DNA from: Fibrobacteria bacterium
Lineage (GTDB): Bacteria > Fibrobacterota > Fibrobacteria > UBA11236 > JADFYW01
Length of the DNA: 64,000 nucleotides
Reading direction: 5' to 3'
Assembly (NCBI GenBank): GCA_050294405.1
Contig: JBNKOC010000001.1
Span: 62,201 to 126,200, forward strand
The notes below the pieces were generated by a model. That model worked only from the letters and a program-made list of their open reading frames with translations. It was not told the DNA's origin and did no database searches. Positions 28,942 to 38,755 of the stretch are shown here, one piece after another. Every line of letters begins with the position of its first letter. Position 1 is the stretch's first letter. The position numbers and the translations under genes were made by a program.

Positions 28942-30324
28942 GTGTTTTTTAAGAGTCGGCTCTATACATATTTAATTTTTAGCCAGTTGCTTCTGGCTTT
29001 TGCTGCAGCCAAACCGCGAATACCCGGGTTATTACAAATCCCTAATGGAGATATTCTGCCTCACGGGCAATTTCACATTTCCAGCCGCACCAATGTATTT
29101 AATGTTATGGGAGCGGATTCCAGCAGCAGCTACAAATTTCCCATAGCCGGATCTGCCTTAATTGGTCTGGGGGACCGAGCCCAGGTGGGTGTGGAATACG
29201 GCAATCAGGTAAGCCTTTCTTTCAAGACCTATTTGTACGAGGCTTCCGCTGACGATTTTATTCCCGATGTTGTAGTGGGTGCCCGTTCTATTTACGGCAC
29301 TCAAGAGGGTTGGCTACGTGGTATTGAAGACAAGGACAGCTCCCGCAGCCTTAGAAACGAAGCCTATGTTGCCATAAGCGCCAATCTTGGAAAGTCCACC
29401 CGTATACATGGAGGAGCCAGCGCCATGTCCGCAGGGCCCAGTAATTTTCCCGAAGGTTTTTTCGGGGCCGAACAATTCTTAGGGGGCGGAGTTTATTTAA
29501 GCTATGATTTTTTCCAGCGTTTCGAAGCCTTGCACCACAGTTTAAGCCTTGTATACAAGTTTGAAGAATTCTTTAGTTTTTCCCTGGGCTTCAACGAATT
29601 TCAATCCTGGATATATCAGGATAAGAAATGGGGCTTCTATACTCAAGGCCCCGAAAATACAGTTAATGGCTATCAGGCTCCCGGTATCAGTGTGGCCATA
29701 AGTCTTGGCGGATGGGCCATTAGAGGGCATCGCAAAACCGATAAGGAAAAAATTTCGGAACTTCAAAAGGAGCAGGTGGATTTAAAAGACGATGTACTCA
29801 GCATGCAAAAAGAGGTGGAAAAACTAAAGGGGCAACTGGTAGCTCTGGGGGCGAAAAACTCCAACTCCTTTAAGTTAGAAAACGATCAAATTGTGGATTA
29901 TCTGGATATTATCAAAAGGAAAATCAATTCTGATGTACCCTACGATCCCACTGAAATTGAAATGTTGCGCAATAAAATTTTAAAATTGGGCGGTAGTTCA
30001 AAAAATATTTTAAAGAAAATTGTAACCAATCCCACTTCCGATGCAGAACATCGAGCCCAAATCTGTATTATTATGGCCATGAGTAACGATGGCGATTTTA
30101 CCGAACCCCTTTTAAAGGCCACAGCGGATCCCGAACCCAGAGTAAGGCGGGAAGCTATTATTTCTCTGGGAAAAATGAAACTCCATGTGGCCCTTGAGTT
30201 TGCGGAAACTCTTCTGGAAGACCCCGATGAAACGGTGGCTATGGCGGCTAAAGCGGCTATTAAAATGATAAGGTCTTCTAATGGAGAGGTGATGAAGGAA
30301 AAAGGCCCTCCCGAAGTTCCATAG
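28942..30324 (+). CDS. exported protein: YjbH-like beta-rich N-domain, coiled coil and HEAT repeats
   Basis: Signal peptide; GLLQIPNGDIL start; heptad region KISELQKEQVDLKDDVLSMQKEVEKLKGQL; DPEPRVRREAIISLG and DPDETVAMAAKAAI. Confidence 0.65.
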   Translation: MFFKSRLYTYLIFSQLLLAFAAAKPRIPGLLQIPNGDILPHGQFHISSRTNVFNVMGADSSSSYKFPIAGSALIGLGDRAQVGVEYGNQVSLSFKTYLYEASADDFIPDVVVGARSIYGTQEGWLRGIEDKDSSRSLRNEAYVAISANLGKSTRIHGGASAMSAGPSNFPEGFFGAEQFLGGGVYLSYDFFQRFEALHHSLSLVYKFEEFFSFSLGFNEFQSWIYQDKKWGFYTQGPENTVNGYQAPGISVAISLGGWAIRGHRKTDKEKISELQKEQVDLKDDVLSMQKEVEKLKGQLVALGAKNSNSFKLENDQIVDYLDIIKRKINSDVPYDPTEIEMLRNKILKLGGSSKNILKKIVTNPTSDAEHRAQICIIMAMSNDGDFTEPLLKATADPEPRVRREAIISLGKMKLHVALEFAETLLEDPDETVAMAAKAAIKMIRSSNGEVMKEKGPPEVP

Positions 30325-30418
30325 AAAAATCCCAAGAGCGAGTGCGTCGTCGCCGCAGATTCTCCCAAATTTTTACTAATTTAGCCTCGGCCATTTAAAA
30401 ACTGTTGGCCATTTTTTT

Positions 30419-31534
30419 ATGAAGTTATCTCTATTTGATTTTGAAGTTCCCGAGGAGCTAGTGGCATTAGAGCCGCTTCCCCGTGGAGATTCCCGTATGT
30501 TAGTGGCCAAAAAATTAAAAAGTCTGGCTATGCCCGAAACCTTGGAAAGTCAAAGCCTGGCAGACGATTTAAATGCAGCTTCACTGGACAACGGGGCCTC
30601 CCAAAATTTTTTGCACCAGCACAGCCGCCAATTTCATGAACACTTAAATCCAGGCGATGTATTGGTATTAAATAATACCCGGGTCATTCCGGCCAGGCTA
30701 CGAGGCCGTTCTGAAAATGGGGCGGAGGTGGAAATTCTTTTAGTCAGAAGAGATTATTCCACTAGCGAATATGCCTGGAGCGCCATGGTAAAACCGGGAC
30801 CTAAATTTAAGCCAGGTCGCAGGTTTTATTTTGGAGAAGAATTGGAAGCCGAGGTTTTATCCATTACAGAAGGGGGCCACCGGGTTCTTAAATTTAATCT
30901 GGATACAGATAAAAAACTTTTAGATGCCCTTAACAAGTATGGCGAAGTTCCGTTACCACCCTATATAAATCGCAAACTCAAACCGGAAGATTTGGAAAAT
31001 TACCAAAGTGTTTTCGCCCAACATGAGGGAAGTGTGGCTGCTCCCACCGCCAGTTTACATTTAAGTCACGAGCAGCTGGATGTTATTAAAAAGAAAGCGG
31101 TGCGTATTTGTTATGTTACGCTCCATGTGGGTCCGGGAACATTTATGCCAATTCAAAGCGAAGAAATTGAAAACCACCCCATGCATGAAGAATGGTTCGA
31201 ATTTAGGCAGGATTGTGCGGATGCGATTTCGGAGGCCAAGGCGAAGGGTGGTAAAATTTGGGCCGTGGGAACCACCGTAGCCAGGGTTTTGGAAACGGTT
31301 GCCGAAGAGGATGTCTTGGCAGAAAAAACCGCTTTTACCCGAAAATACATTTACCCTGGTTACCAATGGAAGCTGGTGGATGGGCTCCTCACCAATTTTC
31401 ATTGGCCCAAATCCAGCCTTTTTGTGCTAGTGAGTAGTCTTTTGGGGGTTAATGGAGCACAAAAAGCCTATTTGGAGGCGATAAATCAACGATATCGCTT
31501 CTTTAGTTATGGGGATTCCATGTTGATTTATTAA
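30419..31534 (+). CDS. queA: S-adenosylmethionine:tRNA ribosyltransferase-isomerase
   Basis: NNTRVIPARL, PLPPYI, YQSVFA..GSVAAPTASLH, TLHVGPGTF, AVGTT, TNFH.PKS, YRFFSYGD. Confidence 0.95.
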   Translation: MKLSLFDFEVPEELVALEPLPRGDSRMLVAKKLKSLAMPETLESQSLADDLNAASLDNGASQNFLHQHSRQFHEHLNPGDVLVLNNTRVIPARLRGRSENGAEVEILLVRRDYSTSEYAWSAMVKPGPKFKPGRRFYFGEELEAEVLSITEGGHRVLKFNLDTDKKLLDALNKYGEVPLPPYINRKLKPEDLENYQSVFAQHEGSVAAPTASLHLSHEQLDVIKKKAVRICYVTLHVGPGTFMPIQSEEIENHPMHEEWFEFRQDCADAISEAKAKGGKIWAVGTTVARVLETVAEEDVLAEKTAFTRKYIYPGYQWKLVDGLLTNFHWPKSSLFVLVSSLLGVNGAQKAYLEAINQRYRFFSYGDSMLIY

Positions 31535-31535
31535 A

Positions 31536-32555
31536 TTGAGCAATCCTATGAGTAATAGCAATGCAAGTTTAAATTATGTGGCCACTTTGGAAAAAGTCCG
31601 CCAAAGTGTGCAGCCGATATTGGACAGAAGTTCAGAAATTATGTTACAGGTGGGTAGGGAGGCTCCAGGAACCCTGTCTCAATACATGACAGAAATTGTA
31701 TCCCGTAAGGGAAAGCGAATGCGGGCAAGCTTTGTGGGGCTTATTAGTTATTCCGGAACTCAAGAACCGCTGGAAAGAGCAGCTCTTAGTGCTTCGGCCA
31801 TTGAAATGCTTCATTTAGCCACCCTAATACACGATGATATTATTGATGATAGCGATATCCGCAGAAATGAGTCCAGCGCCCATAAAAAGTGGGGTACACG
31901 GGTTGCGGTTTTGGTGGGCGACTATGCTTTATCCAAAGCTTTGGAACTTATTATCGATGATGAAGACAGACGGATTCCCAGTTCCATAAGCAGGGCGGCC
32001 TCCAGGTTGGTGGCAGGAGAAGTCTTGGAAATCGATTATTCGGGTAAATTCAATCTGACATTAAATCAATATCTTGAGGTGATTTACGGCAAAACCGCTT
32101 CTCTTTGGGAAAGCTGTGGAGAATGTGGCGCGGTGCTGGCAGGTTATGACCCAGAAATGGTGCATGGTTGGGCTTCTGTGGGAAAAGAGTTGGGTCTTGC
32201 GTTCCAGATAGTGGACGATTTGTTGGACTTTGGCATTGGCGCACAAAATTTGGGAAAAGGCACCAAAAACGATTTGCATAATGGTTTAACCACTTTACCA
32301 CTCATTTATTTTTTCCAGGAAGCAGCGGAGTCAAAAATTTCACAAATGCAGGAATATTTGTCCTCGCCTTTAATGGACACTGAAATCCCCAAAATTGTGG
32401 AATTGCTGCAAGAAGAAGGTTGTTTTCAAATGGCCAAGGATTTTGCCCAGCAAAAAATCAATCAATCCATTTCGTTTATGAGCAATTTGCCCAAATCCGA
32501 GAATACGGAAAACCTCATTGAGCTTTGCGAATTAATGGGTTCACGTTCTGCGTAG
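31536..32555 (+). CDS. polyprenyl diphosphate synthase (IspB/HepT-like)
   Basis: GKRMR, EMLHLATLIHDDIIDDSDIRR, AVLVGD, KTASL, AFQIVDDLLD. Confidence 0.92.
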   Translation: MSNPMSNSNASLNYVATLEKVRQSVQPILDRSSEIMLQVGREAPGTLSQYMTEIVSRKGKRMRASFVGLISYSGTQEPLERAALSASAIEMLHLATLIHDDIIDDSDIRRNESSAHKKWGTRVAVLVGDYALSKALELIIDDEDRRIPSSISRAASRLVAGEVLEIDYSGKFNLTLNQYLEVIYGKTASLWESCGECGAVLAGYDPEMVHGWASVGKELGLAFQIVDDLLDFGIGAQNLGKGTKNDLHNGLTTLPLIYFFQEAAESKISQMQEYLSSPLMDTEIPKIVELLQEEGCFQMAKDFAQQKINQSISFMSNLPKSENTENLIELCELMGSRSA

Positions 32556-32670
32556 AGCAGAGTTTTAATAAAAAATAAGCTACAATATTTGCAAAAAAAT
32601 ATATTGCAACACTTTTTTTCAGTTTTTTGTTATTATTAACTCATAATTCAAAGCCATAGGTCAATTTATA

Positions 32671-33426
32671 TTGCTTTTTAAAAAGCCATATCCATATTTA
32701 GCTGTTTTTGTTTTTTCATTAAGTTTTTTTTCAAATATTAATTCTGAGGAAAACGAACCTGTTTTTAAAATGGGTTCTGTGGTGGAAAACAACAGCCCAA
32801 CCCTGGAGCTGGTGACCAGCATATTTGATTTAGCTTTCCAAAGGGCCGGAGCTAAATTTGAGTTTGTGGGCTGCACTCCTGTTAACTGTACCAAATATTT
32901 GAAAAATGGTTTAATTGATTCTGAGATGTCCCGTATTAAGGAATATAAAGAATTGTATCCAGAATTAATCAGAGTTGAGGAACCTCTTGCCGGCATTCCC
33001 ATTGGGGCCTATTCATTTGGGGATTTAAATCCGGTTAACAGCCGACAGGATGTCAAAGACTTTAAGGGAAATGTTTATTACCAGTCGGGAGTGGTTTATT
33101 CTCAATATCATTTTAAGGATAATAAATTACAGCCTTATAATAATCTTGTACATGGAATTTCTTTATTAAAAGCAGACTCCAATTCCATTTTGATTTCTCC
33201 AAAAATTGGAATTATGGTTATGAGAAATCAGCACCCCAATGTAACCCATGGCCTGAAAGAGTTAGGCGTTATCGAGATGCTGGAAACCTATAGTTATTTT
33301 TCTCCTAAGCACAAAGAATTTGTTCCCAAATTTGAAAAAGCCCTTAAAAGTCTGAAGGAAGACGGAACCTTGGAAAATTTAATGGCGGCCTTCAGGAAAA
33401 AAATGGCAAATACTATTCGCCCCTAG
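32671..33426 (+). CDS. periplasmic substrate-binding protein (family 3-like), orphan
   Basis: Signal peptide; GLIDSEMSR..Y...YPELIRV.EP; FEKALKSLKEDGTL; no permease gene adjacent. Confidence 0.7.
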   Translation: MLFKKPYPYLAVFVFSLSFFSNINSEENEPVFKMGSVVENNSPTLELVTSIFDLAFQRAGAKFEFVGCTPVNCTKYLKNGLIDSEMSRIKEYKELYPELIRVEEPLAGIPIGAYSFGDLNPVNSRQDVKDFKGNVYYQSGVVYSQYHFKDNKLQPYNNLVHGISLLKADSNSILISPKIGIMVMRNQHPNVTHGLKELGVIEMLETYSYFSPKHKEFVPKFEKALKSLKEDGTLENLMAAFRKKMANTIRP

Positions 33427-33481
33427 ATGGCCGTAATCCTTTAATTTTTACCAGCTCATGGCTGGTAATTATATTTAATCC

Positions 33482-34447
33482 ATGCCCCTATTGGCTTCTA
33501 ATTATGCAGCCCCAGCTTTGCTGTCTAATGGGGATTTAAATACGCTTTATGCGGCTTTGTTACGAAAGAAAGCAGCCACTAATTATCATAGAGAAAAACT
33601 CGCAACCGCAGATAGCGATTTCTTATACTGTGATTGGCTGGAAACCGGCAATTCTAAACTAGCTATCCTATCCCACGGCCTGGAGGGACACAGTGACAGA
33701 AGATACATCAAAGGCATGGCAAAGGCCTTGAATAAAGCTGGCTGGGATATAGCCGCCTGGAATTTCAGGTTCTGCGCGGGCGGACCAAATTTAAAGTTGC
33801 GTATGACCCATAATGGGGCTACAGATGATTTACAATGTGTTATAGATAGCGCACTTTCTAAAAAGCGCTATAAAGAAATCGCTTTGGTGGGTTTTTCCAT
33901 GGGGGCCAATATTTCTCTCTTACACCTGGGTAGAAATGCTCAAGCCATTCCCCCAGAAATTACAAAAGGGGTATTTATCTCTGTTCCCTGCCATTTAAAA
34001 AGTTGTTCTTTGGAATTGGCCAGACCCAGAAATTTTCTGTATATGAAAAAATTTTTGAGAACTATGATACCAAAAATAAAAGTGATGGATAATTTACATG
34101 GGGGCGTGCTTAACATATCTAACCTTGATAAAATCAAAACTTTTGTGGAGTTCGATAACATCTACACAGGCCCCATGCACGGCTTTGCAGACGCTTTTGA
34201 TTATTACAACCAATGTAGCAGTATTTATGAACTTTCGAAAATAAAAGTCCCCAGCTTAATCCTTAGCGCCAAAGACGATCCCTTTTTAACTCCCGAGTGT
34301 TTTCCCACTGAGGCCGCTCAGCAAAACAATAATTTATTTTTTGAACTTAGCGAAAAGGGCGGCCATGTGGGTTTTGTGCAATTTAACAAAAACCAGCAAT
34401 ACTACTCCGAACAGCGGGCTGTGGAGTTCTTAAATTCTGCCGGTTAA
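33482..34447 (+). CDS. YheT-like alpha/beta hydrolase
   Basis: HGLEGHS, WNFRFC, GFSMGAN, EFDN.YT.P.HGF, AKDDPF, GGHVGF. Confidence 0.88.
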   Translation: MPLLASNYAAPALLSNGDLNTLYAALLRKKAATNYHREKLATADSDFLYCDWLETGNSKLAILSHGLEGHSDRRYIKGMAKALNKAGWDIAAWNFRFCAGGPNLKLRMTHNGATDDLQCVIDSALSKKRYKEIALVGFSMGANISLLHLGRNAQAIPPEITKGVFISVPCHLKSCSLELARPRNFLYMKKFLRTMIPKIKVMDNLHGGVLNISNLDKIKTFVEFDNIYTGPMHGFADAFDYYNQCSSIYELSKIKVPSLILSAKDDPFLTPECFPTEAAQQNNNLFFELSEKGGHVGFVQFNKNQQYYSEQRAVEFLNSAG

Positions 34448-34456
34448 TTACGAGGC

Positions 34457-36304
34457 CTAGTTTAGGGAGGCCTCTAGCACGTTGAGCATAAAATTCTTTT
34501 CCATAATATCTTCGGATTCGCTTTTAATAAAGCCGAATTTATTAAAGACTTTGTTCATGGCATAATTGTCTGCCCGGGCTATGGCGGTAATTCTCTGGAT
34601 GTTTCGCTCCTTCGCTACCACCAATAGGTTTTTTAAGAGAAAGCTGGCTATACCCCTTCTTCTGTGCGTTTCCCGCACAATCACAGCCACTTCTGCTTCG
34701 TTTTTATCTTCCTCCAGGTAATAGCGCCCCACGCCGTGGATTATTTCCCTGGGGCCCTGTCGCTCGATGACACAAAGAGCTAAATCTTTATTTTGATCCA
34801 CGTTAACCAGTTTGTATGCGCTCTCCCGCGTCATTTGCTTTTTAATGGACCGGTAGCGTTGAAAAACGGTTTCTTCATTGTGGCTATAGAAAAATTCCTG
34901 AAGTTTGCGCTCATCGGAGGGACGGAGGGCTCTTAGCAAAAAGCTGTGATCTCCATGTTCATATTTAATAACATCAACCTGGCCCAGTTCCTTGATGTGG
35001 GAAACTTTACTTTCATGGTAGGAGGGCACCCAGAAAGTTTTTCTAACCTGGTGAAGCAATTCGTCTCTGAATTTTGGGTGGGCCACCTGGATAAGCTCCA
35101 AGGCTCTTTCTCTAATACTTCTGCCTCTTAATGTGGCGATACCATATTCGGTAACTACATAATGTATATCGCCTCTGGAAGTCACTACGCCAGATCCCTC
35201 CGTAATATGTGGCACAATTTTGGAAATGCTGTCATTTTTGGTGGTAGAAGGAAGGGCGATAATAGGAATGCCATTGGGACATTGTGCAGCACCCCGGATA
35301 AAATCTACCTGGCCACCAATTCCACTGTAGAATTTATAGCCCACCGAATCTGAAACCACTTGTCCGGTGAGATCTACTTCTATGGCGCTGTTTATGGCCA
35401 CCATTTTGTGATTTTGGGCAATCACCAGGGGTGAGTTAACATATTCACTTGGGTGAAACTGGATATGGGGGTTATTGTGCACAAAATCATATAACTTACG
35501 GGAACCAATACAAAAGGAGGTAATGGTTTTATTTTGGTTAATGGCTTTTTGAGAGTTATTTATAACCCCTTTTTCATACAACTCAAGCACGCCATCGCTG
35601 AACATTTCTGTATGAATGCCCAGGTTTTTATGGTTGTGCAGGTTAGATAAAACGGCATCGGGAATTTTGCCAATACCCATTTGAAGGGTGGCACCATCTT
35701 CAATCAGTAGGGAAACATATTTTCCGATTTTTAGGGTAACCGGGTCCAATTCTGGGCGAGCCAATTCCGGAAGGGGAGAGTCTATCTCCATATAATCGTC
35801 TATTTCGTTTATGTGTATAAAACCCTGACCCATAGTGCGTGGCATTTGGGGGTTTACCTGGGCAATAACATATTTTGCGGAGCGCACCGCAGAGGAAACC
35901 ACATCTACAGAAACACCCATAGAACAATAGCCATGGCTGTCTGGAGGGCTCACACAAATAATGGCCACATCCAAGGGAAGAGTGTAATCCAAAAACAAAC
36001 CGGGGATTTCCGATAAAAAGCAGGGGGTGTAATCGGATAAACCTTTGGATACCATATCCCGGCTTTGGGGACCCAGAAAAAAAGCATTTACCCGAAAGCG
36101 ATTGCAAGTGGCCTCGGATATCCATGGTGAATCGCCCAAAGTTAATATGTGCACAAACTCCAGGTCGCTGAATTCGTCCGAATGACTTAGCATATCGTGC
36201 ATTAGCGGATTGGGACAGGCTGCTCCTGACCCTACAAATATTCTGGAACCATCCTTAATCCATTTTTTCCAAGGAATAGCCTTGCCCTTAACAGCCATAT
36301 CCAT
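34457..36304 (-). CDS. acetyl-CoA hydrolase/CoA-transferase fused to a C-terminal GNAT domain
   Basis: DGATLQMGIGKIPDAV, LGIHTEMFSDG, SGIGGQVDFIRGA, VVTEYG; then LRALRPSDE...EAEVAVIV...RRRGIASFLL. ATG 36304 follows an AGGAGAGGG RBS. Confidence 0.9.
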   Translation of the reverse strand: MDMAVKGKAIPWKKWIKDGSRIFVGSGAACPNPLMHDMLSHSDEFSDLEFVHILTLGDSPWISEATCNRFRVNAFFLGPQSRDMVSKGLSDYTPCFLSEIPGLFLDYTLPLDVAIICVSPPDSHGYCSMGVSVDVVSSAVRSAKYVIAQVNPQMPRTMGQGFIHINEIDDYMEIDSPLPELARPELDPVTLKIGKYVSLLIEDGATLQMGIGKIPDAVLSNLHNHKNLGIHTEMFSDGVLELYEKGVINNSQKAINQNKTITSFCIGSRKLYDFVHNNPHIQFHPSEYVNSPLVIAQNHKMVAINSAIEVDLTGQVVSDSVGYKFYSGIGGQVDFIRGAAQCPNGIPIIALPSTTKNDSISKIVPHITEGSGVVTSRGDIHYVVTEYGIATLRGRSIRERALELIQVAHPKFRDELLHQVRKTFWVPSYHESKVSHIKELGQVDVIKYEHGDHSFLLRALRPSDERKLQEFFYSHNEETVFQRYRSIKKQMTRESAYKLVNVDQNKDLALCVIERQGPREIIHGVGRYYLEEDKNEAEVAVIVRETHRRRGIASFLLKNLLVVAKERNIQRITAIARADNYAMNKVFNKFGFIKSESEDIMEKNFMLNVLEASLN

Positions 36305-36566
36305 TGTGCCCTCTCCTGATGTTAGCGAATTTATTTTCAATTCCCATTGGAATTATATGTTATTATCCCGTATAAACTAATACTATATATTTACCTAGAT
36401 TCTTTTAAAAAGCAAGGCTAATTTCGATAAATATTGCTTGTAAAAATGGCAAAACTCACAAGCTAAATGTTAGTGTTTAATAATAATAAACTTCTATATT
36501 AAATATGCAATTCAATTGAAACAGGAGTTGCAGGCTTTCTATAGCCAAAGGTTTAGAAATTAAACT

Positions 36567-37616
36567 TTAATTTTTATCCTGATTTTTCTTGCGCACTGTT
36601 TTGTAGTAATTATGCTTACTTTCGTGAGTGCTAAAGAAATGCTCCCTGGAACCGTCGTCTTTGGCTACAAAAAACATATTTGGAGTATCATTTGGATTCG
36701 CGGCTGCGCGAATAGCCATTTCACCGGGATTGCTAATGGGTCCTGGCGGTAGCCCCACAAATTTCCGGGTGTTGTAGGGAGAATTATTATTTAACTCACT
36801 ACGGTATAAAGGGCCGCTGAGTTTTTTGATAGCAAAGCGAACTGTTGGATCCGCTCCCAAAGTCCAGCCTTGTTTTAACCGGTTGGTAAATACCCCGGCA
36901 ATTTCTTTTTGCTCTGAAACAACCGCAGCCTCTTCTTCCACAATGGAGGCCATGGTAATCAGACCATGAAGCCCGTGTTTTTTGTAAATATAGGAGTTGC
37001 TAAAATCAATATTGGATATGGTCGCCTTAAATTGCCCCACTGCAATTTTTAAAAATTCCTCGGGGCTAAGTTTAAAGGGTAAATGGTAGGTAGAGGGAAA
37101 TATATATCCTTCCAAGGACTTAGATTGTAATCCCAGTTTCTTGGCAAAGTTGGCATCATGCACCAAGTTATCAAACTCTAAACTATCCCAGGCATAAAAG
37201 GAATTGAGAATATCATAAATTTCCCATGAAACCCGGCCTTCTGGAATTGTTACTGTGCGGGTTGCGGTTTTACCTGAGGAAAATAAATCAATTAAAGAAT
37301 GGTAGCTATAGCTTGAAGGAATTTCGTAGATGCCTTTTTTAAATTTTTTATCGGAGCCGGTATACTGTAAATATCTTTTAAAAATTCTGGGGTGATGTAT
37401 AAGCTTTTCGTTTTCAAGATGTTTGATAATGGCTGAGGCGGATTCGTTAGAAGAGATTTCAAATAATATGGGCTCCTCAATATTTCGGGAATATTGCTTG
37501 TGCACAATGGATTGAATTTTCCAGGCGGCCAGGGCTATTCCAATTAACCCAACTACGACGAACAACCCCAGGGTTTTTAAAATTGCGGTTCCTTTATTTG
37601 GCTTGCTGATTATCAT
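36567..37616 (-). CDS. mltG: endolytic transglycosylase MltG (YceG family)
   Basis: N-terminal TM; VTIPEG, LEGYIFPSTY, MASIVEEEA, VFTNRL, ADPTV, SPYNTR..GLPPGPISNPG. Confidence 0.95.
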   Translation of the reverse strand: MIISKPNKGTAILKTLGLFVVVGLIGIALAAWKIQSIVHKQYSRNIEEPILFEISSNESASAIIKHLENEKLIHHPRIFKRYLQYTGSDKKFKKGIYEIPSSYSYHSLIDLFSSGKTATRTVTIPEGRVSWEIYDILNSFYAWDSLEFDNLVHDANFAKKLGLQSKSLEGYIFPSTYHLPFKLSPEEFLKIAVGQFKATISNIDFSNSYIYKKHGLHGLITMASIVEEEAAVVSEQKEIAGVFTNRLKQGWTLGADPTVRFAIKKLSGPLYRSELNNNSPYNTRKFVGLPPGPISNPGEMAIRAAANPNDTPNMFFVAKDDGSREHFFSTHESKHNYYKTVRKKNQDKN

Positions 37617-37651
37617 ATTTAAAAATGTATTAATTTTTGTATGCAGTGATT

Positions 37652-38746
37652 TTAAAAAATTTTGAGTTTTTCAATTTCCTTTTGAACCAGATCTAATTCC
37701 AGTTGGTTCAGGCAATTTCTATGGGAGCAAGCCGGCATATGGCTTAAATAATAACATGGTCGGCATTCTAAATCTATAAAAACAGAATTCGAGTAAAATG
37801 CAGTCCATTTTTTTGGGTTGGTTGGGCCAAAAATAGTAATGGATGGAATTCCACAGGCTCCTGCCAGGTGAATGGGCCCGGTGTCATTTCCAATGAGCAA
37901 TTGACAGCTTTGAATAGCTTCAATAAGCTGCTGGTAGTTTAAATTTCCCACCTGGTTATCCACAGGACCATTCGTGGCTCCTGCAATTTTATCGCCCTCT
38001 TTTTTTTCGAAACTCGCCCCCAATAACAAGACTTCGCAGTTTTTACTCAGCAAATAATCACACAGTTTAATAAATTTTTCTGGAGGCCATTTTTTTTGGG
38101 GCCAGTTGAACGAACTTCCAAAAACTATTCCAACTTTTATCGGCAAATCTGTGCCAATTGTTTTTTTATGTGGGTAAATGATGTTTGGGGATGGTAAATC
38201 CTCTTTATTTAAATCCATAAGCATTAACATATCCACCCACTCCAGAGAATTTTTATCGCGGTATGTTAATATATTATGGGGCTTTTTTTGCACATTGTCC
38301 AGGCTGAAACCTCTGGAGTGGGGTATTTTTAATAAACTTTTTATCCATAGAGGAAAATAACGGTATAACTCCATGTCAATTAAATCATCATATTGGTTCG
38401 ATTTTAATTGGGATAGGTTTATATATAGGCTTCGCCAAAATCCAGGTTTAAGCAATTCCCAGAAAAGATTTTTACCGCTTATGGGGAAAACATACACTTT
38501 ATTAATAAAAGGCACGGAACTGTAAACTTCTGATATCCTTTTGCTGCAAAGCAGGTGTATTTTTTTTTTGGGATATTTTTCATGGTAGGCTTTTAAAATA
38601 TGCAAACTTATTACGGCATCTCCCATACAACATAGTTTGACAACAAGAATATTATCAGATTGAGGCTGGGAAATGGATTTGGCGGAAAACAGCCTGTGAA
38701 AAAAAAAGCTCAAATGCTTTTCAAACTGTGAAATTAAAAACTTCAA
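37652..38746 (-). CDS. glycosyltransferase family 9 (heptosyltransferase-like)
   Basis: VVKLCCMGDAV, KKWPPEKF, IGNDTGPIHLA, IFGPT, CRPC...C...CL. Confidence 0.88.
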   Translation of the reverse strand: MKFLISQFEKHLSFFFHRLFSAKSISQPQSDNILVVKLCCMGDAVISLHILKAYHEKYPKKKIHLLCSKRISEVYSSVPFINKVYVFPISGKNLFWELLKPGFWRSLYINLSQLKSNQYDDLIDMELYRYFPLWIKSLLKIPHSRGFSLDNVQKKPHNILTYRDKNSLEWVDMLMLMDLNKEDLPSPNIIYPHKKTIGTDLPIKVGIVFGSSFNWPQKKWPPEKFIKLCDYLLSKNCEVLLLGASFEKKEGDKIAGATNGPVDNQVGNLNYQQLIEAIQSCQLLIGNDTGPIHLAGACGIPSITIFGPTNPKKWTAFYSNSVFIDLECRPCYYLSHMPACSHRNCLNQLELDLVQKEIEKLKIF

Positions 38747-38755
38747 TTTTTGCCT

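Noticed and set aside
30325..30418. preQ1 riboswitch upstream of queA
   Set aside because: Only a weak GGCCA/TGGCC stem; it lacks the preQ1 stem-loop and A-rich tail signature.
32589..32609. TTGCAA-N9-TTGCAA repeat upstream of the substrate-binding protein
   Set aside because: Short, AT-rich and seen only once; cannot be distinguished from chance or -35-like elements.
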